Source: Gammaproteobacteria bacterium (GTDB taxonomy: Bacteria; Pseudomonadota; Gammaproteobacteria; Eutrophobiales; Eutrophobiaceae). Taken from it: DNA of 64,000 bases. Under the pieces are notes generated by a model. It was not told the DNA's origin, searched no databases, and saw only the letters and a program-made list of their open reading frames with translations. The position numbers and the translations under genes are program-made. Where the stretch lies: NCBI GenBank assembly GCA_965204045.1, contig CBDBDW010000002.1, forward strand, positions 3,139,730 through 3,203,729, given 5' to 3'. How positions within the stretch are numbered: position 1 is the first letter of the stretch; each line of letters begins with the position of its first letter. Positions 47,580-57,900 of this stretch are shown piece by piece.

Positions 47580-48320
47580 ATGGCTTCAGTTCGAACCGCG
47601 GACAGGACGCTGAGATTGTTCGAAGCGTTTAAGGTTGAAGGTCAGCCTTTGAGCCTGTCGGAACTGGCGGGGTTCATGAACGTGCCGATGTCCAGTTGTC
47701 ATGGCCTGGTGAATACACTAATCGAGCGTGGCTATCTTTACCACATTTCAAGAAGAAAGCTTTTATATCCGACAGGAAAAATACTGGAAGTTGCCGAAAC
47801 AATAGTAAGTAAAGATCCTCTGTTAGACAGGATCAGGCTGCCGTTATCAGCCCTTCGGGACAAATTAAAAGAGACGATCATTATCGGAATAAGAGAACAG
47901 GAGCGGGTGATGTATATTGACGTAATAGAAGGAACACATACCGTACGATACACGGCCTATCCAGGTGAATTCAAACCCTTGCATTCAAGTGCCGTTGGTA
48001 AGGCAATCCTTGCGAGCATGACGGAAAATGAGCTTGAAAAACTACTTCGCAGATTACCCCTGGAAAAAATTACGCCGATGTCAATCACTGATAAGAAACA
48101 ATTACTACAAGACTTAGATCAAGGCCGAAAGCGGGGCTATTACGAAACCCATGGGGAAAATGTGGTGGACGTGGATGCAGTGGCTGTTCCTGTGGTATCG
48201 AACAAAGACATTATCGGCATATCAGTCGCTGCTCCAAGCCACAGGATGGAAGAAGGCAGGATAGATATTGCACAGGAACTGCTCAAAACCAGGCAAACGA
48301 TTTTAGAAGAATTGAGATGA
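47580..48320 (+). CDS. IclR-family transcriptional regulator
   Basis: N-terminal HTH SLSELAGFMNVPMSSCHGLVNTL, C-terminal effector domain. Confidence 0.85.
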   Translation: MASVRTADRTLRLFEAFKVEGQPLSLSELAGFMNVPMSSCHGLVNTLIERGYLYHISRRKLLYPTGKILEVAETIVSKDPLLDRIRLPLSALRDKLKETIIIGIREQERVMYIDVIEGTHTVRYTAYPGEFKPLHSSAVGKAILASMTENELEKLLRRLPLEKITPMSITDKKQLLQDLDQGRKRGYYETHGENVVDVDAVAVPVVSNKDIIGISVAAPSHRMEEGRIDIAQELLKTRQTILEELR

Positions 48321-49090
48321 GTTCTACCGGCAGTGACCTCTCTGTTGATATCAGGGAAAAAGTTTTGCATGTAAAGATTAATCGCCCCGAAAAGCGTAAT
48401 GCACTGAGCCGCACAACCCTGAAAGAAATCGGTAATGTTTTCAATCATCACAAGTCAGACGATTCCATACTGGTTGCGGTACTGACGGGAGCAGGTGACA
48501 GGAGCTTTGCTGCAGGCGGTGATCTGAAAGACCTGGACTCCGTCCGCACGCGGGAGCTTACTGTTGACATGGTAAATACAGGTAAAACAGCACTGGATGC
48601 AATCCGTAATTTCTGTGTGCCTGTTGTCGCGGCAATAAATGGTACGGCCTTGGGTGGCGGCGCCGAGCTGGCCATGGCCTGTGATTACCGGGTTGCGGAC
48701 GAGACTGCAAAAATAGGCTTCGTGCAGGGAAAACTCAATATCACCACGGCCTGGGGAGGAGGCGCCGATTTAATGGAGCGCATCGGGTCCGCTCCGGCAA
48801 TGAAACTGCTTGCTGGTTGCAGAATTCTCGACGCAAAGGCTGCGCTGGAACTAGGTGTAATCGACGCCTGTTGTTACAGCAACCAATCTCTTGATGATTG
48901 CGTGAAAGATTTTGTCTCACCTTTTCTGGAGCGCAGCACAACTGTCATGCGCGGGTTTAAATCGCTGAGAAATCATGCGCGCAATTACTTTGTACAGTCA
49001 TTAAATGAACTTGAAACAAACAACTTCATTGAAAGCTGGTTACATGATGAGCACTGGCAGGTAGCAGGCAATATATTGAAAAAAAGTTGA
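48317..49090 (+). CDS. Enoyl-CoA hydratase/isomerase (crotonase) family protein
   Basis: INRPEKRNAL, AAINGTALGGGAELAMACD oxyanion-hole motifs. Confidence 0.85.
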   Translation: MSSTGSDLSVDIREKVLHVKINRPEKRNALSRTTLKEIGNVFNHHKSDDSILVAVLTGAGDRSFAAGGDLKDLDSVRTRELTVDMVNTGKTALDAIRNFCVPVVAAINGTALGGGAELAMACDYRVADETAKIGFVQGKLNITTAWGGGADLMERIGSAPAMKLLAGCRILDAKAALELGVIDACCYSNQSLDDCVKDFVSPFLERSTTVMRGFKSLRNHARNYFVQSLNELETNNFIESWLHDEHWQVAGNILKKS

Positions 49091-49113
49091 TGTAAATCAG
49101 CATACGAGTCGAG

Positions 49114-50727
49114 ATGAACAGTTCAAAAATATTATCACCCGATCCGGAGCAAAACCTGAATACCATAACGGGAGAAGAAACGCCGGTTCTGGTGACGGAT
49201 GACATGATAGACAGCAGGAAAATAGGGACGCCAGGCGAATATCCCTATACAAGAGGTATTTTTAACAATGGCTACCGCGGGCGTTTATGGACATTCCGGC
49301 AATATTCCGGATTCGGCACCGCGGAAGAAACCAATGAACGATACAGATTTTTACTGGACAGAGGTTCGACCGGCCTCTCAGTGGCGCTGGATTTGCCGAC
49401 ACAATGCGGTTATGACCCGGATGATGTCATGGCCACCGGTGAAATAGGAAAAGTCGGGGTCTCACTGTCCAATCTGGCTGAAGCGGAACTATTATTCGAC
49501 GGCATCGATCTGAGTAAGATATCCACATCTTTTACCATAAACGGTACAGCAGCTATCATCTATGCCATGTATCTCGCGGTCGCTGATAAGAACAACACGC
49601 CGCGCAGTGTCCTGACCGGGACCATACAGAATGACATACTGAAAGAATATGCCGCGCGCGGCACATGGATCTTTCCGGTGCGGCCTTCCATGCGTCTCAT
49701 CGCTGATTCGATACTGTATTCAAATGAACAAACACCCAGGTTCAACCCCATAAGTATCGCAGGCGCTCATGTACGGGATGCAGGCGTGAATGAAGTCGAA
49801 GAGTTGGGATATACGCTGGCTAACGGCCTGACTTATGTTGATGAACTGGTCAAGCGCGGCGCCGATCCGAACAAATTTGCCAGAAGGTTGAGTTTCTTCT
49901 TTTATGTGCATATGGGGTTTTTTGAGGAGATTGCCAAGTTTCGTGCAGGAAGAAGGTTATGGGCGAGATTGCTCAGGGAGCGTTACGGCATCACGGACCC
50001 GAAGGCGCTGATGTTCCGGTTCGGCGTTGTCTGTGGCGGGTCCTCCCTCACCGCATCACAGCCTTATAACAATATCGCCCGGGTTGCTCTTGAAAATATG
50101 GCTGCCGTCCTGGGAGGCGTGCAATCGGTGTTTACCTGCGCCTATGACGAAGCCTTTCAGATTCCGACGGAATTCAGCGCCGAAACAGCTTTGAGAACTC
50201 AGCAGATAGTTGCGTATGAAACCGGAGTCACCAAATCGGTTGATCCTCTCGGCGGCAGTTATTACGTGGAGTGGCTGACAGACCGCATGGAAGAGCAGGC
50301 GGGAAACATCATCAGGGAACTGGAGGAGTATGGCGGTGTGGAGAAAGCAATCGAAGATGGATTCATTCAATCCAGAATTGCTGAGAGCGCGCGCAACCGC
50401 AAGATCCGGAAAGACAGTGGAGAAGACGTGGTCGTAGGCGAGAATTATTACCGCAACGAAAATGAAGTAAATGATTTCGGTGAAATTTTTCAACTGGATA
50501 GCCAGGCTACCGAAAAAATCATGACCAGGCTGGATTCCGTAAGAGACCAACGTGACAATAACGAAGTGCGCAGGACATTACGGAAACTCGAAGGTTGCGC
50601 GGCAACTGAAGGAAAAAACCTGATGCCGTATATCGTTGATTGCTGTCATGCATATGCCACAGTCGGAGAAATAGTATCGAGCCTCAAGAAGCAATGGGGT
50701 GAATTCAGGGAGCCCATACGGCTTTAA
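49114..50727 (+). CDS. Acyl-CoA mutase large (substrate-binding) subunit, methylmalonyl-CoA-mutase family, without fused B12 domain
   Basis: YPYTRGIFNNGYRGRLWTFRQYSGFGTAEETNERYRFLLDRGSTGLSVALDLPT. Confidence 0.85.
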   Translation: MNSSKILSPDPEQNLNTITGEETPVLVTDDMIDSRKIGTPGEYPYTRGIFNNGYRGRLWTFRQYSGFGTAEETNERYRFLLDRGSTGLSVALDLPTQCGYDPDDVMATGEIGKVGVSLSNLAEAELLFDGIDLSKISTSFTINGTAAIIYAMYLAVADKNNTPRSVLTGTIQNDILKEYAARGTWIFPVRPSMRLIADSILYSNEQTPRFNPISIAGAHVRDAGVNEVEELGYTLANGLTYVDELVKRGADPNKFARRLSFFFYVHMGFFEEIAKFRAGRRLWARLLRERYGITDPKALMFRFGVVCGGSSLTASQPYNNIARVALENMAAVLGGVQSVFTCAYDEAFQIPTEFSAETALRTQQIVAYETGVTKSVDPLGGSYYVEWLTDRMEEQAGNIIRELEEYGGVEKAIEDGFIQSRIAESARNRKIRKDSGEDVVVGENYYRNENEVNDFGEIFQLDSQATEKIMTRLDSVRDQRDNNEVRRTLRKLEGCAATEGKNLMPYIVDCCHAYATVGEIVSSLKKQWGEFREPIRL

Positions 50728-50751
50728 TTCAGCGGATATTCGGGAGAGATA

Positions 50752-51148
50752 TATGTCGATCAGGGGAAAAAGAATACTGGTGGGTAAACCCGGGTTGGAT
50801 GGCCATGATGTCGGCGCAAAGGTGATTGCGCTGACATTACGCGATGCAGGGGCCGATGTCATCTATACAGGTCTGCGAAAAACACCGGAATACATTGCCA
50901 GAGCGGCCGTAGATGAAGATGTGGACGTGGTAGGGTTGAGTATTTTAAGCGGCAGCCACAAGGAACTCGTAAAGGCAATAAGGGCAAATCTCGACGAATT
51001 AAGCGCCGCGGATATTCCGATTTTTGTCGGCGGAACCATTCCTGCTCATGATTACGACGAACTGAAAGAATACGGGGTGGTCGCTATTTTTACTGCGGAA
51101 ATGCCCCTCGATGAAATCGTTGCAAAAATCGATACGTTATTGGCATGA
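50752..51148 (+). CDS. Cobalamin-binding small subunit of the split acyl-CoA mutase
   Basis: KRILVGKPGLDGHDVGAKV (DxHxxG B12-binding motif); GGGAGAG RBS. Confidence 0.85.
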
Positions 51149-52278
51149 AAGATTCAACAAGCGGAACAGGACCTCTTGCAGGGTTACGAATTATTGAGAT
51201 TGGTCATATGTTGGCGGGCCCCTATTGCGGGTTGTTATTAGCTGATTTAGGCGCGGAAATAATTAAAGTAGAAACGAATAAAGGTGATATATCCCGAGCG
51301 ATAGGCCCAAATTACATTGGTGAACACAATATTTATTTTGCCAGTCTGAACCGTAATAAAAAAAGCGTGGAACTGGATATTGCAACAGACGATGGAAGAC
51401 ATAAATTCAATCATCTGGTAAGCACGGCAAACGCATTAATCTGTAATCTCCGGCCCGGAGCGATCAGGAAACTGGGCCTGACGTATAATGCATTAAAGGC
51501 AATCAATCCGAAGCTGACGTGTGTTGCCTTGACCGGATTCGGGCTCGAGGGACCTTATAGTGACATGCCCGCCTACGATTATGTTATCCAGGCATTATCC
51601 GGCATTACCATGTTGACCGGAAACCCGGGGAATCCGCCCACGCGTGTCGGCTATTCTGTTGTGGATAACACCGCAGGCATGATGGGTGCAATCGGTGTCT
51701 TGGCAAAACTGGTAGAAGGCAAGGGAGGCCAGGTGGATATAGCGTTATACGACACCCTCATCTCACAGTTTAATTACATTGCCAGCGCCTGGTTGAATGC
51801 AGGAGAAAAACCCAGACGGCAAGTTGACGGCGGACATGCTTATATTGTACCGGCCCAGTTTTTCGAAACGTCAGATGGCCATGTCGCATTGTTTATAACT
51901 CATGACAGGTTTTGGCGCGATTTTTCACAGGAGGTTGGTATGCCGGAATGGATTGAAGATCCGGACTTTGCCACGATGGAAACCCGATCAAAAAATCGTA
52001 ATATTGTCGTGAACTCTGTAAAAAAGATTATGATGACTGATACAACCTCGAACTGGCTCAATCGGTTGCAGCCTCTAGGCATAGTTATAGCGGGTGTGCG
52101 CGGCATGGAAGAGGCGCTCGTCGATAAGCATGTTTCACACAGGGACATGGTAATTCAAATTCCAACTCCCGATGGTTACATTAATCTAGTTGGCAATCCG
52201 GTAAAAATATCCGGATTTCAAACACAATACCACGCGCCTCCCGGATTAGGTGAACACAACAGCATCATATTAAGTTGA
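51145..52278 (+). CDS. Family-III CoA-transferase (CaiB/BaiF type)
   Basis: GPLAGLRIIEIGHMLAGPYCGLLLADLGAEIIKVE N-terminus. Confidence 0.85.
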   Translation: MKDSTSGTGPLAGLRIIEIGHMLAGPYCGLLLADLGAEIIKVETNKGDISRAIGPNYIGEHNIYFASLNRNKKSVELDIATDDGRHKFNHLVSTANALICNLRPGAIRKLGLTYNALKAINPKLTCVALTGFGLEGPYSDMPAYDYVIQALSGITMLTGNPGNPPTRVGYSVVDNTAGMMGAIGVLAKLVEGKGGQVDIALYDTLISQFNYIASAWLNAGEKPRRQVDGGHAYIVPAQFFETSDGHVALFITHDRFWRDFSQEVGMPEWIEDPDFATMETRSKNRNIVVNSVKKIMMTDTTSNWLNRLQPLGIVIAGVRGMEEALVDKHVSHRDMVIQIPTPDGYINLVGNPVKISGFQTQYHAPPGLGEHNSIILS

Positions 52279-52284
52279 TATCCG

Positions 52285-53184
52285 ATGGCGCCACCTGATA
52301 AATCATATAAAAACCGGCTTGAACTGGCGCGTACCCTCAGTAAGATTGCCAACGCTGGTATCCATGACATTCTGGATAAGCCCCAGAAATCTACGCTGCT
52401 CGGGCGTTCCCAGAGGATAGGCATTACCGGCCCACCTGGTACCGGTAAAAGCACACTAATTGCCGGTTGGGCTGAATTCCGGCTGAAAATGGGTAAGACC
52501 ATTGGAGTGCTTGCGATTGATCCTAGCAGCCCAGCAACGCAGGGGGCGATTCTCGGAGATCGTATTCGAATGGAAAGCGTTATCGATAATGAGCGCTTCT
52601 ACCTTCGATCCATTCCAGACACGTTAAACGGCAATGGATTATGTCACAATATTGTTAATCTTCTTGACGTATTCGAGCAGTACAATTTTGACGACGTTGT
52701 GCTGGAAACGGTAGGGATAGGCCAGTCCGAACATCATATCCGTTGCTTGGTAGATACGGTGGTATTGGTATTAAATCCGCAATCAGGCGATATAATCCAG
52801 ACAATGAAGGCAGGCATAATGGAAATAGCCGATGTTTTCGTTATCAACAAGACAGATTTGGGAGGAAGCGAATTACTGGAGCGGGATATAAGTGGCGTTC
52901 TGGACTTTACGATACACGAAAATTCCTGGCGCCCGAGGATTATTAAAATATCCTGCAAAGATGACACAGGAATTCAGGAACTGAATAAATCTATTGATGA
53001 TCACTATGAGTGGGTGAAGGAAAATGTAGCTCTGGATGAAATATATAACCAGCGCCAGGACTTCCAGTTAGCACAGTTGATTTCCGGCCAGGTATGTCAC
53101 TATTTAACTCAAAATGCCGAAGTATCCAAGAATTTACGGGAAAAATACGACAATGTTACCAGGTGGATTGTTGGGTTGAAATAA
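52285..53184 (+). CDS. meaB: MeaB/ArgK-family G-protein chaperone for B12-dependent mutases
   Basis: P-loop GITGPPGTGKST; about 300 aa; adjacent to mutase subunits. Confidence 0.8.
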   Translation: MAPPDKSYKNRLELARTLSKIANAGIHDILDKPQKSTLLGRSQRIGITGPPGTGKSTLIAGWAEFRLKMGKTIGVLAIDPSSPATQGAILGDRIRMESVIDNERFYLRSIPDTLNGNGLCHNIVNLLDVFEQYNFDDVVLETVGIGQSEHHIRCLVDTVVLVLNPQSGDIIQTMKAGIMEIADVFVINKTDLGGSELLERDISGVLDFTIHENSWRPRIIKISCKDDTGIQELNKSIDDHYEWVKENVALDEIYNQRQDFQLAQLISGQVCHYLTQNAEVSKNLREKYDNVTRWIVGLK

Positions 53185-53238
53185 TCAGAAGTTCCTGAAA
53201 ATACAATTATCAATGTCCTTGGCACCAGGAGAGTTACT

Positions 53239-53691
53239 ATGAAAAAAATACATTTTGTCCTTATGACGGCAATAGCTCTGAATTTAATCATAACCCCGGT
53301 AGTCAGTTCTCCTGTACCCGAATTATTAGGGGTATGGGAAGGTACGGCAAAAAGTATTTATACAGCCGCCGGACGAAATGTCAAAAATGTCGCAGATGAA
53401 GGTGTTGTGGTAGAGCAACTGACACTTTCAATGGAAATTGATTATCAGGACGGCGCTGTATTCAGAGGCATCATGTCTTCAAGGCTGGGGGAGCATCTGC
53501 TGATTGGCTCGATTCGAAGTGATGGTAAAACAGGATATGTCACTGTTGCGGGTGGTGAAAGCGGCAGTATTGATATTCGTGCTACTCTTAGCGTCTTGAC
53601 AGAGAACGAACTGGAAGTATGTTATACCCAGGGTGAGGAAAACAATGTCATGGCAGTTGCATGTTCAATACTCACCCGGGTGTCGGAGTAG
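53239..53691 (+). CDS. Small secreted hypothetical protein
   Basis: Signal peptide MKKIHFVLMTAIALNLIITPVVSS; no motif recognised. Confidence 0.55.
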   Translation: MKKIHFVLMTAIALNLIITPVVSSPVPELLGVWEGTAKSIYTAAGRNVKNVADEGVVVEQLTLSMEIDYQDGAVFRGIMSSRLGEHLLIGSIRSDGKTGYVTVAGGESGSIDIRATLSVLTENELEVCYTQGEENNVMAVACSILTRVSE

Positions 53692-53729
53692 TTCAGTTTG
53701 CGGAATTCTTGAATTAGATGTAAAAGACC

Positions 53730-54431
53730 TTATGATTTCGTAGGTCCATCATTTTGAAGCAGGTAGTGACACCCCAGATAGGCATCGATCACCTCCTTGG
53801 GTGGCATGTCGAAGTCTCCATATTCGACGTAGGCTAGATATAAGTAGCTGCGTGCAGCCATCATCGTATAGGCCGCGACTTCGAGCTCAGTGTCCGTATA
53901 ATCCTTCAGCGTGCCATCCCGTATACTCCGCTTCATCGAAGCTACGTAGCGAGCGATGAGATCCTGAAAGTGTTTTCGATGTCCGGCGGGTGCTGCGAAT
54001 TGGGCTTCATTCAGAACGCGATGATAGCCCGGATTGTCACGCATATACTCAAAAAAGGCGATGACGGCACGCTCCTCCACCTCGCGGAAGCTCTTCGCCC
54101 CCCGGAGCGCTCCTCCGATATACTTCATGGCTTTCTGCCCGGCATATGGCAGCAATTCGTCGAGCAGATGTTGTCGCGTCTCAAAATAAAGATAGATGGT
54201 TCCCTGAGCAACATCAGCTTCGATGGCAATCCGGCCAACCGAAGCGTTCTGGTAACCACGTTCGCGGACAATCTTTTCGGCAGCATTCAGAATGCGCTCG
54301 CGCACCTGGTTCGCGCGTTCAGCACGGGTTGGCTTCCTGCGCTTTTCCGCTCGAGGCGTTGCCGCCGCCTTTTTCTTGCCAGGTGCAATCGCCTTTGGGG
54401 TTTCAAGAGCTACTTTGTTTGCTGTGCTCAT
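53730..54431 (-). CDS. TetR/AcrR-family transcriptional regulator with Lys/Ala-rich N-terminal tail
   Basis: HTH region ILNAAEKIVRERGYQNASVGRIAIEADVAQGTIYLYF. Confidence 0.8.
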   Translation of the reverse strand: MSTANKVALETPKAIAPGKKKAAATPRAEKRRKPTRAERANQVRERILNAAEKIVRERGYQNASVGRIAIEADVAQGTIYLYFETRQHLLDELLPYAGQKAMKYIGGALRGAKSFREVEERAVIAFFEYMRDNPGYHRVLNEAQFAAPAGHRKHFQDLIARYVASMKRSIRDGTLKDYTDTELEVAAYTMMAARSYLYLAYVEYGDFDMPPKEVIDAYLGCHYLLQNDGPTKS

Positions 54432-54556
54432 CGGAGCAAATTATTTGAATAGTTGATTGGAGCAAGGTGAATTATCGTTCATTTTAAAGTGATTATCCAT
54501 GAGAGCGTCTCTAAAAATTAGAGTCGCCCCTGCAGCATAGGGATGTACTGTCCTAT

Positions 54557-55364
54557 TCAGGAAACCCCAAACCAGTGTCCGTCTTTGTCAAGTGGTTCGT
54601 AATTGGGTTCGCGTTTTTCGCTGAACGCCGCGAGGGCTTCTTTTGAGTCGGGATGACCGCTCATGCGAACGGTGCCACCTTGTTCGAATTCATAGCCCGT
54701 CTTCAAATCCATCCACTCAATACGATCAAGAATGCGTTTGCTCACACGAACCGCTGTCGGGCTGTACCTGGCAATACGGGAAGCCAGTTTTTCAGCCTGT
54801 TGCATGAGTTCATCAGGTTGGCAGACAGTCACGGCCGCGCCAGCTGCTTTGAAATCCTCCGCTGTCATGGGATCTCCGGTGAAATACATGCGTCGAACAA
54901 GGGGTTGCGGCGCAATTCTCGCCAGGTGCCTTGCGCCGCCCATAACGCCGACGGTAAGCTCAGGCAAACCAAACCTGGCGTCCCTCGCCGCGACGATGAA
55001 ATCACATGACCCCGCGATGGCAAGTCCGGTCCCTAACGCGACGCCATGGACGGCGCCGATGACGGGAACAGCGCAATCCGAAATCGAGAAAAACGCTTCG
55101 CGAACTCGCCACATACGTTCAACGCCGTTCTCCGGCGTCATCGTGGTAAATTCTTCCAGGTCATTGCCGGCGCAAAAGTGCTTTCCCTCAGCGCTTAATA
55201 TGATCACGCGGACAATATCACTCAACTGGTCGACATTACTGAACAGCTCCTTGATTTCAATATACATGCCGCGATCAACAGCATTCGCTGGAGGCCGGTT
55301 AAGGCGCACATTAACGATACCATCACCCTTGTCATCAACAAGCAAATACTTGAATTCTGTCATT
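54557..55364 (-). CDS. Enoyl-CoA hydratase/isomerase family protein; start MTEFKYLLV with AGGAG RBS
   Basis: Crotonase-fold motifs NRPPANA, ...GAVHGVALGTGLAIAGSCD. Confidence 0.8.
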
Positions 55365-55403
55365 ACCCGCTCCTGTTTTAAAGTCGAAGCGCGGGGGACG
55401 CTC

Positions 55404-56579
55404 TCAGGTCGATAGCGGCCCACCTCTTCGTTTCATCGATTTATAAATATTGTTCTTTTGAATTGCAGTGGACCCGCCGAAAATAGGCAGCACCAAGGCA
55501 TCACGGACATAACGTTCCGTATCAACCTCTTTAACGTAACCATAAGCGCCAAATATAGTCTGACATTCCAGCGCCACAGATTTCGCCACTTCAGCCGCAT
55601 ACATCTTAGTCATGGAGGTTTCCAGGTCGCATGGGCGCTCCTCATTCGCCATCCAGGCGGCGTGGTAGAGCATCAAACGCGCTGAATGTACTTGCGTCGC
55701 CATGTCAGCAAGTTTGTGCTGAATCGATTGATAAGAGGCAATCGTTTTGCCAAATTGCTTACGCTCTTTGGCATACTCCCAGGCATCATACAGGGCCGCC
55801 TGCGCAACCCCAAGAGAGATTGCTGCCACTTCCAGTTTTTCCACATCCAGACCCGATCCGGTGAGCATTGACCAGCCCTGGTTCCAACCAGCTTCGCCAC
55901 CCATCAGATTTGACGCCGGGACGACAACATTATCGAAATGCACGTCAGTCGTAGCCGGGCCTTTGAAACCCATGGCATCGATCCGGGTAATCGTAACCCC
56001 GGGTGTTGAGGGTGGAACCATGACAAAAGACAAGTTTTTGTATCGATCTTCTTTTTCGCCCGACCGGCCCAGGACATATATGTATTCCACAAATTCCGCA
56101 CTGGAGCAGAAACGTTTTTCGCCATTAACGACAAGATTATCGCCAGCGCGGTGAATGGTGGTTTTCACGCCTGCCAGGTCGGCGCCGATGTCCGGTTCCG
56201 TCCATCCATAAGCGAACTGCAGTGAACCTTCAACCACCTTGGGAAGAAGCTCTTTCTTTTGTTTTTCACTCCCGCATTCAACCAAATTCATCCCCGCATA
56301 ACAGGCCGCGTTCAGATACGGAATTGAAACCGCCATGCTACGTTTCGACAATTCTTCGATGACAACCATGGTGGCGACAATGTCCCGGCCAAACCCTCCG
56401 TATTCTTCGGGGATTGTCAGGCCCATAACACCTAACTCAGCCAGCTTGTCAAAGACGTCTCGCGGAAAGTGATTCTCTTTATCCCATTCCTGTGCCGCTG
56501 AGCGCGGCATTTCATTCTCAACAAACCGTCGCAGAGTATCGCGCAACTGCCTGATATGATCGGGTTCTTCAAAGTTCAT
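55404..56579 (-). CDS. Acyl-CoA dehydrogenase
   Basis: 391 aa; conserved ACAD motifs incl. C-terminal ...QIFGGYGY..-like QTIFGAYGYVKE. Confidence 0.85.
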   Translation of the reverse strand: MNFEEPDHIRQLRDTLRRFVENEMPRSAAQEWDKENHFPRDVFDKLAELGVMGLTIPEEYGGFGRDIVATMVVIEELSKRSMAVSIPYLNAACYAGMNLVECGSEKQKKELLPKVVEGSLQFAYGWTEPDIGADLAGVKTTIHRAGDNLVVNGEKRFCSSAEFVEYIYVLGRSGEKEDRYKNLSFVMVPPSTPGVTITRIDAMGFKGPATTDVHFDNVVVPASNLMGGEAGWNQGWSMLTGSGLDVEKLEVAAISLGVAQAALYDAWEYAKERKQFGKTIASYQSIQHKLADMATQVHSARLMLYHAAWMANEERPCDLETSMTKMYAAEVAKSVALECQTIFGAYGYVKEVDTERYVRDALVLPIFGGSTAIQKNNIYKSMKRRGGPLST

Positions 56580-56649
56580 GTATCTACCTTGCCTTGCGCC
56601 AAAGGGCGCCTGAGAAATTATTGTGTTTCAGCCGATGCCGTCCAGGCGA

Positions 56650-57879
56650 TTACTGCTCCCAAAGCTCCGTCGATCGCGCAAGTTCCAGTCTTGAAATCGT
56701 ATGCAAATGCACCTCGTCGGGCCCATCAAAAATCCGCATACCGCGCGCCATCGCATAAAAGTGAGCCAGACCGAAGTCCTGACTGACGCCGGCGCCGCCA
56801 TGTACCTGTATCGCACGGTCAATGACTTTTTGCGCCATGTTCGGCCCCAATACCTTGATCATGGCAATTTCTGACTTCGCGACCTTATTACCAACGGTGT
56901 CCATCATGTAGGCCGCCTTGAGGCAAAGCAGACGCGCTTGTTCAATATCGATTCTGGAATGAGCTATCCCCTCCCGCAGCGAACCCTGCTCCGCCAGTGG
57001 CTTGCCGAATGCGATACGCGCTTTGGCACGCGCTATCAGGGAATCCAATGCGCGTTCGGCCTGGCCGATGACACGCATACAATGATGGATGCGGCCAGGG
57101 CCAAGGCGACCCTGGGCTATCTCAAATCCACGCCCCTCGCCCAGCAGTATGTTCTCTTTGGGCACACGCACATTTTTAAAATCAACCTCCCAGTGGCCGA
57201 AGGGCGCATGATCATAACCAAATACCGTTAACGGCCTGAGTATCTCAACCCCTTTGGTCCCGACCGGCACCAGGATCTGCGACTGCTGTTGGTGTTTGGC
57301 CGCCGAGGGGTCGGTTTTCCCCATTACAATGAGAACTTTGCAGCGCTTGTCGCCTGCGCTGGACGACCACCACTTGCGTCCATTGATGACATAATCATCA
57401 CCATCACGCTTTATCTCTGTTTCGATATTCGTCGCATCGGATGAGGCCACAGCAGGTTCAGTCATGCAGAAGGAAGAACGAATTTCACCAGCCAGCAGCG
57501 GCTTCAGCCACTGCTCTTGCTGGGCAGCGGTGCCATACCGCTCGAGCACTTCCATATTGCCGGTGTCCGGGGCCGAACAGTTGAAAGTCTCCGGACCAAT
57601 CCAGCTTCGCCCCATGAGCTCGCAGAGCGGCGCATATTCGACATTGGTGAGGCCAGCGCCCAGGTCACTCTCAGGCAAAAACAGATTCCACAATCCCTGT
57701 GCCCTCGCCTTTTGTTTCAACTCTTCCAGGACAGGCGGGATGTCCCAACGGTCAGCCTGAGCTGCATGTTGTTCCTCGTAAACGCGCTCGGCTGGATATA
57801 CATGCTCATCCATGAACGCCGAAACCCGCTCTATGAGCTTTTTGGTCTTTTCTGAATGTTCGAAATACATGGCTGGCAC
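56650..57879 (-). CDS. Acyl-CoA dehydrogenase (ACAD10/11 C-terminal type)
   Basis: 409 aa; ...[23 protein letters not shown]. Confidence 0.85.
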   Translation of the reverse strand: MPAMYFEHSEKTKKLIERVSAFMDEHVYPAERVYEEQHAAQADRWDIPPVLEELKQKARAQGLWNLFLPESDLGAGLTNVEYAPLCELMGRSWIGPETFNCSAPDTGNMEVLERYGTAAQQEQWLKPLLAGEIRSSFCMTEPAVASSDATNIETEIKRDGDDYVINGRKWWSSSAGDKRCKVLIVMGKTDPSAAKHQQQSQILVPVGTKGVEILRPLTVFGYDHAPFGHWEVDFKNVRVPKENILLGEGRGFEIAQGRLGPGRIHHCMRVIGQAERALDSLIARAKARIAFGKPLAEQGSLREGIAHSRIDIEQARLLCLKAAYMMDTVGNKVAKSEIAMIKVLGPNMAQKVIDRAIQVHGGAGVSQDFGLAHFYAMARGMRIFDGPDEVHLHTISRLELARSTELWEQ

Positions 57880-57900
57880 GCCCTCTACTCTCTTACGTAA

